Positions 18,001 through 28,396 of a DNA stretch of 64,000 nucleotides are shown here, piece after piece. Source of the DNA: a bacterium (GTDB lineage Bacteria; Sysuimicrobiota; Sysuimicrobiia; Sysuimicrobiales; Humicultoraceae); assembly GCA_041497675.1 (NCBI GenBank), contig JBGQGY010000004.1, forward strand, positions 1,938 to 65,937. Reading direction: 5' to 3'. The notes beneath the pieces were generated by a model. The model saw only the letters and a list, made by a program, of their open reading frames with translations, did no database searches and was not told where the DNA came from. Numbering within the stretch: the first letter of the stretch is position 1; each line of letters begins with the position of its first letter. The translations under genes were made by a program, and so were the position numbers.

Positions 18001-19308
18001 GTGGGAAATCACGACCCCTACACTGTTCCCCCCCAGGAGACCCCGCCGGTAGCGGCGATTCCGACCCGTCCCACGCGGCGGTGGTGGCGGGTGCTGGCAT
18101 GGGCCCTGCCGACGCTCGTGCTGCTTGCGGGCGTGCTCGGGCTGGGGACCTACCTGTACGTGCTCAGCCACATCTCGCTCAGCAGCGGCGAGACCGTCCC
18201 GCGGAAGCGCGCCGACGTCTACGCGTGGCCGCTACGGATGGTTGACCGGCTCAACGTGCTGATCATTGGCGTGGACGTGACGCTGGACAACAAGCGGCGG
18301 GTTGTGAACGTGGCTCGGGCGGACACCCTGGCGCTGGTCACCTTCGATCCGGAGCGCGAGCGTATCGCCGTGGTTTCCATCCCCCGGGACACCCGGGCCC
18401 TGATCCCGGGGCACGGCGAGACCAAGATCAACGCGTCCCACGCCTACGGTGGCCCTGCGCTGACGGTCAGGACCGTCGAACAACTGGTTGGGGTCAAGAT
18501 CGACGCCTACGTCAAGCTGGGGCCCGAGTCGTTCGCGAAGTTCATCGATGCCATCGGCGGGATCGACGTCGACGTCGAGAAGGATATGAAATACACCGAC
18601 AGCTGGGCCGGATTCAGGATCAATCTCAAGAAGGGTCTGCAGCACCTCAACGGCGAGCAGGCGACCGGGTATATCCGGTTCCGGCACGACGAGATGGGCG
18701 ACATCGGACGGGTGGAGCGGCAGCGCAAGGTGCTGGTGGCCCTGTTGAAAAAGCTCAAGGACCCTTCGACCGTTCTCGCCTCGCCGCAGTTGCTGCAGGC
18801 GTTCGTGCAACACACTCAGACCAACCTGACCTCGTACGAGCTCATGGCGCTGGGCATTTTCGCGCTGCGCACGCGCGACCACCCCATGGAGATGCAGACC
18901 CTCCCGGGGACGTTCGCGCCGTCGTACTGGGAGCCGGATAGTCCGAAGGTGCGCGCTCTGGTGGCGGATGTCTTCTACGGGGTGACGCTGAAGGATCTTG
19001 CCGGGCTACCCGTCGAGATCATCAACGGCAGCGGCAGCGCCGCGGTCGGCCAGCGCGTCGCCGCCCGGCTTACCGCCATGGGGTTCCGCTCGGTCAAGGT
19101 GCGGACCGCCCAGACGACGGTGCAGGTGACCACCATCGTCGACCGCACAGGCCGCAAAGGGTTGGGCCGGATGGTGGCCGTGGCGCTGGGCCGGGCGATC
19201 GTCACGCGCGAACCGTCAACAGGTGGTCCCTCGATCACGGTGCTCGTGGCGCGCGATGCGGCGCGCACCCTCTCCGGCTCTCTCCAGCAGCGCGGCACAC
19301 CGGAGTAA
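18001..19308 (+). CDS. LytR-CpsA-Psr (LCP) family cell-envelope phosphotransferase
   Basis: C-terminal part of ORF 17212..19308 from the GTG at 18001 (in frame). A cytoplasmic tail and one TM segment are followed by the LCP core (LNVLIIGVD...RADTLALVTFDPERERIAVVSIPRDT...INASHAYGG) and a C-terminal LytR_C-like domain. The first 260 aa of the ORF overlap ispE antisense and are rejected. Confidence 0.85.
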   Translation: MGNHDPYTVPPQETPPVAAIPTRPTRRWWRVLAWALPTLVLLAGVLGLGTYLYVLSHISLSSGETVPRKRADVYAWPLRMVDRLNVLIIGVDVTLDNKRRVVNVARADTLALVTFDPERERIAVVSIPRDTRALIPGHGETKINASHAYGGPALTVRTVEQLVGVKIDAYVKLGPESFAKFIDAIGGIDVDVEKDMKYTDSWAGFRINLKKGLQHLNGEQATGYIRFRHDEMGDIGRVERQRKVLVALLKKLKDPSTVLASPQLLQAFVQHTQTNLTSYELMALGIFALRTRDHPMEMQTLPGTFAPSYWEPDSPKVRALVADVFYGVTLKDLAGLPVEIINGSGSAAVGQRVAARLTAMGFRSVKVRTAQTTVQVTTIVDRTGRKGLGRMVAVALGRAIVTREPSTGGPSITVLVARDAARTLSGSLQQRGTPE

Positions 19309-19428
19309 AAACGTCAGCGGCCGCCTGCTGCCGAGTTAGGCCGGGTTGCTCCCGAAGGAGTACCTCCTCCCACCTCACCCAGCGGCGCACCGCTGACGGT
19401 CGCAATCTAACACGGGCCCGATGACCGG

Positions 19429-20688
19429 TCAATTCGAAACGTTCGTTCCCCTCCTGTGGATCGTGTGGACAGGTGACGGCAGATTGCGTCGCACGAGCGC
19501 GGCGAGACGTGCGATGCCACTTCGGATCTGATCCTCGCTCGGGTATGAAAAGTTCAGACGCATCGTGTTCCGACCGCTGCCGTCGGCGTGGAATGCGCTG
19601 CCCGGCACGTACATGACCGCCTCTTCAGCGACGGCGGTCTTCAACAACGCGCCCGCGTCCAACCCCTCCGGCAGACGGACCCAGAGGAACAGCCCGCCTT
19701 CGGGTTTCGTCCACGTCACACCCTCGGGCATCTCACGGGCGAGCGCATCGATCATCGCCTGACACTTTGCGCGGTAGAGCGCCACGGTATTGGCGAGCCG
19801 GCGCTGCAGGTGCCCTCGGCGGAGCAGTTCGGCCGCAATCGCCTGCGTGAACGACGGGCTGCAGAGATCCATGGCCTGCTTGGCGGTGACGCACTGCGAG
19901 ACCACCGGCTCGGGACCGGCGACCCAGGCAATGCGCAGACCCGGCGCCAGCGTCTTGCTGAACGTCGACAGGTAGATCGTGCGGGCGCTGTCATCCAGCG
20001 CGTAGATCGGCGGGGGCGCGGTGCCCACAAACCGCATCTCGCGGTACGGGTTGTCCTCCACCACCAGCGTGCCGAACTCGCGCGCCAGGTCGAGCACTCG
20101 CTCTCGCCGCTCGCGCGTCCAGGTGATACCGGACGGGTTCTGGAAATCGGGGACGGCATAGAGAAACTTGGGCTTCCGGCCGTCGCGCCGCAGTCTCACC
20201 AGCAGGTCGGCCAGGTGGACGACGTCGATGCCGTCTTCGTCCTGCGGTACTCCCACAAGCTCGGCGCCGTAGGTGCGGAACGCCTGCAGCCCCCCCAGAT
20301 ACGACGGGAGTTCGACCACCACGACGTCACCGGCGTCAAGGAACACCTTGCCGATCAGGTCGAGGGCCTGTTGCGACCCGGTCGTGATCAGGATGTTGTC
20401 CCGCGCGGCGGTAATCCCGTCCTTCGCCATCCAGGGGATGAGGGCGTCACGCAGATTCGGATCGCCTTCCGTTGGGCCGTACTGGAGCGCCAGCGCCGCG
20501 TCCGTGGCCAGCACGTCCTGCGTCACCTCGCGCAGTTCGGCCACCGGGAACGTCGCGGGATCCGGGAATCCCCCGGCAAACGAAATCACGGCCTTGCCCG
20601 TGCGCGACAACTTCAGCAGCTCGCGGATCAATGACCGTTCCATATCGCGTGTATGGGTGGCATAGAACGACGTGTAGTCGATCATCAT
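19429..20688 (-). CDS. PLP-dependent aminotransferase (class I/II; MocR/AspB-like catalytic domain)
   Basis: LIRELLKLS...VISFAGGFPDP...QYGPTEGDPNLR...LYAVPDFQNPSGIT...STFSKTLAPGLRIAW. The start MMIDY at 20688 has AGGAGG 5 nt upstream, verified. Confidence 0.8.
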   Translation of the reverse strand: MMIDYTSFYATHTRDMERSLIRELLKLSRTGKAVISFAGGFPDPATFPVAELREVTQDVLATDAALALQYGPTEGDPNLRDALIPWMAKDGITAARDNILITTGSQQALDLIGKVFLDAGDVVVVELPSYLGGLQAFRTYGAELVGVPQDEDGIDVVHLADLLVRLRRDGRKPKFLYAVPDFQNPSGITWTRERRERVLDLAREFGTLVVEDNPYREMRFVGTAPPPIYALDDSARTIYLSTFSKTLAPGLRIAWVAGPEPVVSQCVTAKQAMDLCSPSFTQAIAAELLRRGHLQRRLANTVALYRAKCQAMIDALAREMPEGVTWTKPEGGLFLWVRLPEGLDAGALLKTAVAEEAVMYVPGSAFHADGSGRNTMRLNFSYPSEDQIRSGIARLAALVRRNLPSPVHTIHRRGTNVSN

Positions 20689-21557
20689 GGCCTCCTGGAA
20701 ACGTCGTGCCCCTGTTCCACAAAGGTCCGCGCCAGGCCTGCGAACTCGTCCACTGAAAGACTCTCGCCGCGGCGGCGAGGGTCGATGCCGGCCGCCCGGC
20801 ACCACGTCTCGACGGCGGCGGCCGTCAACCCGTCGCCCACGCGCTGCAGGGCGCTCCGCAACATCTTGCGCCGCTGCCCAAACGCGGCGCGTGTGACCGC
20901 CCGAAGCACCGGCATCTGTGTCTTGGAGAGGATCGGACGCTCATGGACCTCCAGTGTCACCACCGCCGATCGCACCTTAGGTGGGGGGAAAAAGGCGGAC
21001 GGGGGAACGCGCATGGCCACCTTGGGATGGGCCTGCGATTGCACCGCGACCGACAGCAGACCGTAGCGCTTGCCGCCCGATCTGGCCACGATGCGGTCGG
21101 CGACTTCCTCCTGCACCATCACGACGAGCCGCCGACCGATCTGTTCGTCCAACAATTTTATCAACAGCGGCGAGGCGATCGAATACGGCAGGTTGGCCAC
21201 GACCTTCGTGGGCGTTGCCGGCAACGCCTCGAGCGGCAGATCCATCGCATCGGCGTGGATGATATGGACGCCGGGGTACGGCGCGCACGCCGCACGGAGC
21301 ACCGGGACGAACCGGGCATCGACCTCCACGGCCACGACGCGCGCGCCGGTGCGTGCCAGCGCCACGCTCAGCGTCCCGATCCCGGCGCCCACTTCCAGCA
21401 CGACGTCGTGTGCCCCGACGTCTGCGACTTCGATGATCTTGTCGAGCACCCGGCGGTTGACGAGGAAATGCTGGCCCCGCGAAGGGCGCAGCCGCAGGCC
21501 CGCGGCCGCGAGCGCGGCACGCACTCCGGCCGGCGTGGCCAGGTCGTCTGGCGGCAA
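20685..21557 (-). CDS. rsmA: 16S rRNA (adenine1518/1519-N6)-dimethyltransferase
   Basis: GQHFLVNRRVLDKII...VLEVGAGIGTLS...VVANLPYSIASPLL is the KsgA/Dim1 signature. Confidence 0.9.
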   Translation of the reverse strand: MPPDDLATPAGVRAALAAAGLRLRPSRGQHFLVNRRVLDKIIEVADVGAHDVVLEVGAGIGTLSVALARTGARVVAVEVDARFVPVLRAACAPYPGVHIIHADAMDLPLEALPATPTKVVANLPYSIASPLLIKLLDEQIGRRLVVMVQEEVADRIVARSGGKRYGLLSVAVQSQAHPKVAMRVPPSAFFPPPKVRSAVVTLEVHERPILSKTQMPVLRAVTRAAFGQRRKMLRSALQRVGDGLTAAAVETWCRAAGIDPRRRGESLSVDEFAGLARTFVEQGHDVSRRP

Positions 21558-21565
21558 GGCGCGGT

Positions 21566-22558
21566 CTAACGCTGCCCCGGGGTGGAGAGAATGTACACTT
21601 TCACCACACGCCGCCCGAAGTTCAGGGCCTCGCGGATGGTGTTGTAGCCGAGGTCGATGCGGTGGCCCACGATCGCGCCACCGGTGTCGCCGGCGATCGC
21701 GCGGCCGTAGCCTTCAATAAACAGCTCCGACCGATACGGGATCACCGTGGGATCGATGGCCACGACGCCATAGCCGGCCTTCATCCCGATCGACGTGATA
21801 TCGTTGGTCCCCGGCCCATCCCACGGCGCGTAGGCCGTCGCTTCCATCATCACGATTTCCTTGCCGGCGAACGGGCCGCGGCTCGCCCAGACTCGGCGGG
21901 TGCCTATTTGCAAAATCCGGTCCTGCGGCGGGTTGATGACGATCATCGCGACCACCTGCCGTTCGATCACCACACCATCGGCGGTCGTCGTGGCGATCTG
22001 ACGCAGCCTCGTGCCCGGACGGCCGGGCTGGAACACGCGCGTCACACCGCGCGGCAACGACGCATCGGGTCGTGCCACCTGCGCGTACGGCACGCGCTCG
22101 GGTTCGCTGGTGATCTTTGTTTCGATGCGGACGATGCGCACGACCGCCCCGGCCCACAAGGCATCATACGGCGAGGGGTACACACGATCGCGCGCCCGCA
22201 CCACGACGCCCCCGGGGTGCCCCGCAAGAAACTCATCGACCGTCGTCGCGACGGTCATCACGGTGCGCTGCCGCCCATCGGCGATCAGTGTGACCGGAAA
22301 CGCGCGCTCGTGCACGATGTGCATGCCGCTGGCGAGCCGCGTCGATGCGGCCGGCGTGATGCGGTCTGCCTGGGCGGGTGTGACACCGAGATCCGACAGC
22401 ACCTCGCCGACTGTCGAACGAAACGTCGAGACCTTGTGCAGGCCCGACACGGTCTCGACGACAACAGCCTTGGGCAGACCGGCCACCGCGCCGGCGCCGA
22501 GCGCGCTGACGCCCATAATGAGAAGCAGTGCGAATCCGGGAAACCGGAGCACACGCAT
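21566..22558 (-). CDS. YabE-like cell-wall protein (DUF348 + G5 + 3D/MltA-like domains)
   Basis: A signal/TM is followed by DUF348-like repeats, a G5 domain (TSEPERVPYAQV...), then the 3D domain (EATAYAPWDGPG...SIGMKAGYGVVAIDPTVIPYRSELFIEGYGRAIAGDTGGAI). Adjacency to ksgA mirrors Bacillus ksgA-yabE. Confidence 0.8.
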   Translation of the reverse strand: MRVLRFPGFALLLIMGVSALGAGAVAGLPKAVVVETVSGLHKVSTFRSTVGEVLSDLGVTPAQADRITPAASTRLASGMHIVHERAFPVTLIADGRQRTVMTVATTVDEFLAGHPGGVVVRARDRVYPSPYDALWAGAVVRIVRIETKITSEPERVPYAQVARPDASLPRGVTRVFQPGRPGTRLRQIATTTADGVVIERQVVAMIVINPPQDRILQIGTRRVWASRGPFAGKEIVMMEATAYAPWDGPGTNDITSIGMKAGYGVVAIDPTVIPYRSELFIEGYGRAIAGDTGGAIVGHRIDLGYNTIREALNFGRRVVKVYILSTPGQR

Positions 22559-22753
22559 CTCGCCACCCCCCTCACATCAACGGAGCGGTACAAGACGTAC
22601 GTGCCGGAAAAAAATGGATCGAGGCCAGATTGACTGGAGGATAACCCTGCCGGCAGCAAGGTCGTCACTCCGAAACATTTTTGATGACGCGGAAACAACA
22701 GCAGTATACACGATAAGGGGGTGGAATGCCAGCGTCGCGTAGTGGACCAGTTG

Positions 22754-23176
22754 CTAGCGCGCTGGCCGTTCGACCAGTTCGATCAGAACACCGTTCGTAT
22801 CCTTGGGATGGAGAAAGGCGATCCGCGTGTTGTGCGCGCCGCGCCGTGGCGTGGCATCGATCAACGCGATACCCGCACGCCGAGCCGCGTCGAGGGCCGC
22901 GACAATGTCGCGCACGTCAAACGCGATATGGTGGATCCCTTCACCCTTTCGTGCCAGGAATCGCGCGATGGGTCCATCGGATCCCAGCGGCTCGAGGAGC
23001 TCGAGACGCGTCCCCCCGGTGACAATAAACGCGGCGGACACGGCGTCGTCCGGCAGCGTCTCAGCCGGGCCGACCGTCAGACCCAACGTTTCGTAGAAGC
23101 CGCGCGCGACCGCGATGCTGCGGACGGCGACGCCAAGATGATCCACGCGGTCGGGCAGCCACGCGGGACGCGTCAC
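22754..23176 (-). CDS. mce: Methylmalonyl-CoA epimerase (VOC family)
   Basis: VDHLGVAVRSIAVARGFYETLGL...GGTRLELLEP...GEGIHHIAFDVRDI...NGVLIELVE is the classic methylmalonyl-CoA epimerase pattern. It lies next to meaB. Confidence 0.75.
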   Translation of the reverse strand: MTRPAWLPDRVDHLGVAVRSIAVARGFYETLGLTVGPAETLPDDAVSAAFIVTGGTRLELLEPLGSDGPIARFLARKGEGIHHIAFDVRDIVAALDAARRAGIALIDATPRRGAHNTRIAFLHPKDTNGVLIELVERPAR

Positions 23177-24120
23177 GGCCGGTACGCGAGCAATCGGTCG
23201 GCGGCCTCGTGCGGATCGAGTTCGCCCGCGGCGACGCGCTCAACCAGCGTATCCAGCGTCGCTGCGATGGCCCCGTCGAGATACAGCGCGCGCAGCCGCG
23301 TCTCGGCGATCCGCACGATCTCTCGGCGCCAGCGCGATTGCCGGCGCGCCGCCAGGCCGCCGGTCGCATCCAGATGCCGGCGGTGATCGGTCATCGCCGC
23401 CAGCACATCCTGCACACCCTTCCCTGTCGTCGCGATCGACGTCAAGACCGGAGGATGCCATGCCACCTGCGCGGCGAGTCCGAGGGCCATCTTGAGTTCC
23501 GTCACTGCGCGATCCACGTCGGGCCGATCGGCCTTGTTGACGACGAACACATCGCCGATCTCCATGATGCCCGCCTTCAGGGATTGGACGCCGTCACCCA
23601 GACCTGGGATCGTGACGACGACGACGGTGTCCGCGGCGGACACCACGTCGACCTCAGCCTGCCCCGTGCCCACCGTTTCGATAAACACCACCGCGGCGCC
23701 CCACGCGTCCAGCACCGAGACCGCCTGCGACGTGTGCGGCGCGAGACCGCCCAGGCTGCCCCGCGTCGCCATCGAGCGGACGAAGACCTCGGGATCGGTG
23801 CTGTGGTCCTGCATGCGGATCCGGTCGCCCAGGAGGGCCCCGCCGGAGAACGGGCTGGTGGGGTCGACCGCGACGACCCCGACGCGCCGCCCTTGCGCGC
23901 GCAGCCCACGGACCGCCGCGTCGACGAGGGTGCTCTTGCCGGAGCCCGGCGGTCCGGTGATTCCGACGATGTGCGCCCGACCCGTGTGAGGAAACAGGGC
24001 CCGGAGGGCGCCGGAGGCGCTGTCGCCGTCGTTTTCGATCACGGAGATCAGGCGCGCCGCAGCCTGGGACGAGCCGGCGACGACCTCGGCGACCAGGTCG
24101 CGGTTACGAGGTGTAGACAT
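23173..24120 (-). CDS. meaB: Methylmalonyl-CoA-mutase-associated GTPase MeaB/ArgK
   Basis: P-loop GITGPPGSGKST, then VDPTSPFSGGALLGDRIRM, then NKAD. The start MSTPRNRDLVAEVVAGS at 24120 was verified. The upstream 64 codons of the ORF are rejected. Confidence 0.85.
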   Translation of the reverse strand: MSTPRNRDLVAEVVAGSSQAAARLISVIENDGDSASGALRALFPHTGRAHIVGITGPPGSGKSTLVDAAVRGLRAQGRRVGVVAVDPTSPFSGGALLGDRIRMQDHSTDPEVFVRSMATRGSLGGLAPHTSQAVSVLDAWGAAVVFIETVGTGQAEVDVVSAADTVVVVTIPGLGDGVQSLKAGIMEIGDVFVVNKADRPDVDRAVTELKMALGLAAQVAWHPPVLTSIATTGKGVQDVLAAMTDHRRHLDATGGLAARRQSRWRREIVRIAETRLRALYLDGAIAATLDTLVERVAAGELDPHEAADRLLAYRP

Positions 24121-24166
24121 CTTTGAGTAGAATACCAGGCCGGCGCCGGGTGCTCCAGAGAGGTCT

Positions 24167-26248
24167 ATGGGTCCGCCCGCAGTGGGTACGTATTCTGACG
24201 TGAGCGCCACAACGCAGGGCTCGCTCCGCGTGCTCGATCGTCTCCTCAACCCGACAACCCGACCGGGTCTTGAGGCCACCGAGCACTTCATGTCGTGGTT
24301 GCGATTTGGCATCAGCGCGCTCGGGACCGGGGCGTATTTGCTCTCGCTTCCGTACTTCCAGCCCGTGGATGTCGGCGTGCAGATCCTGATTGGCGTCGCC
24401 TTTCTCTACTCCATTCCCCATATCTTCATCCAGCCGGGCCAGGCGACCCGGTGGACACGCGCACGCATCCTGTTCAACACGATCCTGGATTTCGTGCTGG
24501 CCACTTCGGCCGTGGCGATGACAGGTGGGATCAACAGCGGGCTGACCTGGCTGTTTCCCCTCACGATCGTCGGCAATGTCCTCCGGTACGGCGATGCCGC
24601 CGGCGCGCTCACGGCAGCCGGGAGCATGATTGTCTTCGCGGGCACCGCCCTGTGGCAGGGCGCACCGCCCAACACCGTCATTCCGATGCTGGTCTCGCGT
24701 CTGGGATTCTACTGGGTGCTCTATCTGATGGTGGCCCATCTCAGCCGCTACGCCACACGAATGGAGCGTGTAGCGCGAAAGGGCAGCCAGTTGATGGAAG
24801 CGATCGGCCGAATCGGCGTTCCCGTGAACCTGGCGGGCAATGTGTCGCTCGCGCTGACGGCGGTCTGCCAGGAGATCAGGGTGCTCTTCGACGTCGACCA
24901 CGTGTTCATCTGGCTCGTCGACGGTCAGGAACTCTTCGGGGCCGCAGCGACATCTGAGAGCAAGGACATCCTCGGCACGCGCCGCCGGCTGGACGATTCC
25001 GATGTGTTTGGAGCGCGCGTCATCCGTGGGCGCCGGCCGATGCTGATGAACGGCGTCCCCGCGGGTGGCGACGGTCTCGACGCCAGGATCGCCCGCGCCC
25101 ACGCCCTCAAGGCGGTCATCGGTATTCCATTGGTGCACGGCGATGCCGCGGTGGGTGTGATGATCCTGGCGGATTCGCGCAATCCGCACCGTTTTCGTGA
25201 GGAAGATCTGGCCCCGGCAATGCTCCTGGGCAACCTGGCCGCGACGGCCCTGTACCACGCGTCGATGCACGATCAACTCCGCCAGGCGTATGCCCGGACC
25301 CTGGAGACGCTCGGCGAGGCGATCGACGTGCATGACGCCTACACCGGCGGCCACTCGCACCGCATCGCGCGCTACGCGGAAGAAATCGCGCGGGCGCTCG
25401 ATTGCTCCGCCGAAATGCACGATCAGATCCGCACCGCGGCCATGCTCCACGATGTGGGGAAGATCGGGGTGCCGGACAGCGTGCTGCTGAAACCGGGCGG
25501 GCTCTCGCCCCACGAGATGGAGATCATGAAGAGCCACTCGCTGATCGGCGCGCGGCTCCTGCGGACCGCGGGTTTCACCGGTGAGGTCGTGACGTTCGTC
25601 CGCCATCTGCACGAGCGGTACGATGGGTCGGGGTATCCGGCCGCGCTGAAGGGTGACGACATCCCGCTCGGCTCGCGTATCCTGGCCGTGGCCGACACGT
25701 ATGAGGCGATGACGTCGGATCGCATCTACCGCTCCTCGCTAAAGCCCGAGGAGGCTCTGTTTGAGCTCCGGCGGTTCAGCGGCACCCAGTTCGACCCGAC
25801 GATCGTAGAAACATTTGCCAGGGTTGAGGCGTCGCTCCACGTGGGGCCGCCGGCCGGCGAGACGGCCTCAGCAGCCAGCGTCGACGACGTGTTCTCGGTC
25901 GTGATGGGACGCGTGGTTGACCGGTTCCGCGAGTTTGCCGGCAGCCAGGTGACCGATGGTCTGCTGGCCGGTGCGGCGGCCGAGTGCGCACGAAGACATT
26001 GGGCGCTGCGCACCGTCGATGGCCGGTACGACATCCAAACCCCTGAGCGTCAGTCCGCGCTCGAGGCCAGGCGTCACATCCTGACCTGGTTGTTCGCGCG
26101 GATCGAACAACTGGGCGGCCGTAGGATCGCGTTGCACCTCCTGGCCGAGGGCATCGAGAACCTGACCCCGGCGGCGCAGGAGACCTATCGTCTGTTGCTG
26201 GCTCCGGGGGACGCGGCGGGCAAACCCAAAGCGACGGCAAACGACTAA
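24167..26248 (+). CDS. Membrane-anchored GAF + HD-GYP phosphodiesterase with a C-terminal ~140-aa extension
   Basis: Five to six N-terminal TM helices, then a GAF-like region, then HD-GYP (HSHRIARYAEE...MLHDVGKIGVPD...HHERYDGSGYP...DTYEAMTSDR). The alternative start MSWLRF is at 24290. Confidence 0.8.
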   Translation: MGPPAVGTYSDVSATTQGSLRVLDRLLNPTTRPGLEATEHFMSWLRFGISALGTGAYLLSLPYFQPVDVGVQILIGVAFLYSIPHIFIQPGQATRWTRARILFNTILDFVLATSAVAMTGGINSGLTWLFPLTIVGNVLRYGDAAGALTAAGSMIVFAGTALWQGAPPNTVIPMLVSRLGFYWVLYLMVAHLSRYATRMERVARKGSQLMEAIGRIGVPVNLAGNVSLALTAVCQEIRVLFDVDHVFIWLVDGQELFGAAATSESKDILGTRRRLDDSDVFGARVIRGRRPMLMNGVPAGGDGLDARIARAHALKAVIGIPLVHGDAAVGVMILADSRNPHRFREEDLAPAMLLGNLAATALYHASMHDQLRQAYARTLETLGEAIDVHDAYTGGHSHRIARYAEEIARALDCSAEMHDQIRTAAMLHDVGKIGVPDSVLLKPGGLSPHEMEIMKSHSLIGARLLRTAGFTGEVVTFVRHLHERYDGSGYPAALKGDDIPLGSRILAVADTYEAMTSDRIYRSSLKPEEALFELRRFSGTQFDPTIVETFARVEASLHVGPPAGETASAASVDDVFSVVMGRVVDRFREFAGSQVTDGLLAGAAAECARRHWALRTVDGRYDIQTPERQSALEARRHILTWLFARIEQLGGRRIALHLLAEGIENLTPAAQETYRLLLAPGDAAGKPKATAND

Positions 26249-26264
26249 CGAAATCGACGAGGCA

Positions 26265-27850
<1,586 letters not shown>

Positions 27851-27854
<4 letters not shown>

Positions 27855-28396
27855 GTCGTGCCCTCCGGGACGATCCGGATCACCACGAGGATCTGGTCCC
27901 CCGCGACTTCCTGGCCGGGCCGCACGCGCACCTCTTCGACCCGGCCGGCGGTCGGCGCCGGAACCTCCATTTGCATCTTCATCGCCTCGACGACGGCCAC
28001 CGCGCTCCCCCGATCGACGTGCTGGCCGGCGCTCAGGGGCAGCGCGACCACCAGCCCGGGCATCGGAGCCCGCACCTCGACGCTGCCGCCTGGGGCGCCG
28101 GTCGCCGAACGGCGGGACGGGACGGGTAGCGCTCGCCGAACCGTGACCGCAACGCGCTCAGCCCCGACGATGACGTGGATCGCGCCATCAGCCTGACGCA
28201 GCCGGACCGGGATCGTCATGCTGTTCAACGTGAGACGCCACCATTCCGTCCCCTCGAGCGGCTCGAGCCGCACCGGGGTTGCGTCCATCCCAGGGATCAC
28301 CGAGCGCACCCACAGACCGGCGGGCCCACGTTCGACATCGATACGGCGCGGCCCCCCGCGCGCCGCGACCTCGAAGTGTACTGTCCCCCGCCTCAT
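27851..28396 (-). CDS. Biotin carboxyl carrier protein (biotinyl-domain subunit of acyl-CoA carboxylase)
   Basis: The C-terminal biotinyl domain contains the EAMKMQ motif ([22 protein letters not shown]). The start is taken at ATG 28396, overlapping the biotin carboxylase stop (ATGA). Confidence 0.75.

Noticed and set aside
22559-22753. Possible c-di-AMP (ydaO) riboswitch upstream of the yabE-like gene
   Set aside because: This was expected from Gram-positive synteny, but the characteristic GGGGA/ACGGGGU pseudo-symmetric core could not be found by eye. It is kept only as an unexplained leader.
24104-25612. 502-aa minus-strand ORF antisense to the HD-GYP gene, and 19588..20634 antisense to the aminotransferase
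   Set aside because: No motifs and biased composition. The sense-strand genes carry unambiguous family signatures.
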